This document shows, in pieces, positions 63,978 to 64,000 of a stretch of DNA of 64,000 bases; positions within the stretch are counted from its first letter, which is position 1; each line of letters begins with the position of its first letter. Origin of the DNA: a virus; IMG/VR virus record IMGVR_UViG_3300032267_001178, positions 8,959-72,958 of that record. The stretch is one strand, 5' to 3'. A model generated the notes under the pieces. The model did not search any database. It was given only the letters and a program-made list of their open reading frames with translations, and was not told the DNA's origin. The translations under genes were made by a program, and so were the position numbers.

Positions 63978-64000
63978 TGGCGCGTAGCTCACACTGGTGA
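63978..64000 (+). tRNA. Probable 5' portion of a second tRNA, cut by the window end.
   Basis: TGGCGCG-TA-GCTC-ACACTGGT-GA... matches the acceptor / U8 A9 / D-stem GCTC / D-loop pattern. Confidence 0.4.

Overview
This 64 kb window reads as part of a tailed dsDNA phage genome. The signals for that are gene-dense packing with almost every gene on the + strand, frequent ATGA stop/start overlaps, rho-independent terminators at module boundaries, tRNA genes with encoded CCA, and phage-type replication, packaging and lysis genes. In genome order I see the following. (1) 1-1075: the 5' part of a terminase large-subunit gene on the minus strand, divergent from everything else. (2) 1.2-25.7 kb: a replication/recombination module with RNase H, SbcD/SbcC with a CxxC zinc hook, an SF2 helicase, a DnaB-like helicase, a DnaG-type primase, a family-A DNA polymerase with 3'-5' exo and an N-terminal UDG-family-4-like domain, a RecA-superfamily ATPase, and a RecQ-like helicase whose DExH motif is interrupted by a 319-aa LAGLIDADG intein. 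(3) 25.7-30.0 kb: three consecutive ORFs that together carry unmistakable motifs of the N-terminal half of a multisubunit RNA polymerase beta subunit. (4) 30-38.5 kb: larger uncharacterised, probably virion-associated proteins. (5) 38.5-46 kb: many small early-type ORFs (zinc ribbons, a thymidylate kinase, duplicated 'CGTSAC' genes). (6) 46.4-51.0 kb: the most striking feature, a tandem array of about 20 small paralogous genes, each roughly 65-100 aa, starting MNA(D/E)EVR and built from a 4-residue repeat x-N-V-x (12-nt DNA period, core hexamer AATGTC). The units are joined by overlapping stop/start codons and show signs of recent duplication and gene conversion. I do not recognise this from any described phage system. 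(7) 51-63.7 kb: further small ORFs, an RlpA-like lipoprotein, a BCS1-like AAA+ ATPase, an amidase_2 endolysin, then tRNA-Arg(UCU) and the start of a second tRNA. Shine-Dalgarno sequences are largely absent. All functional calls rest on motifs read by eye. No database search was possible.
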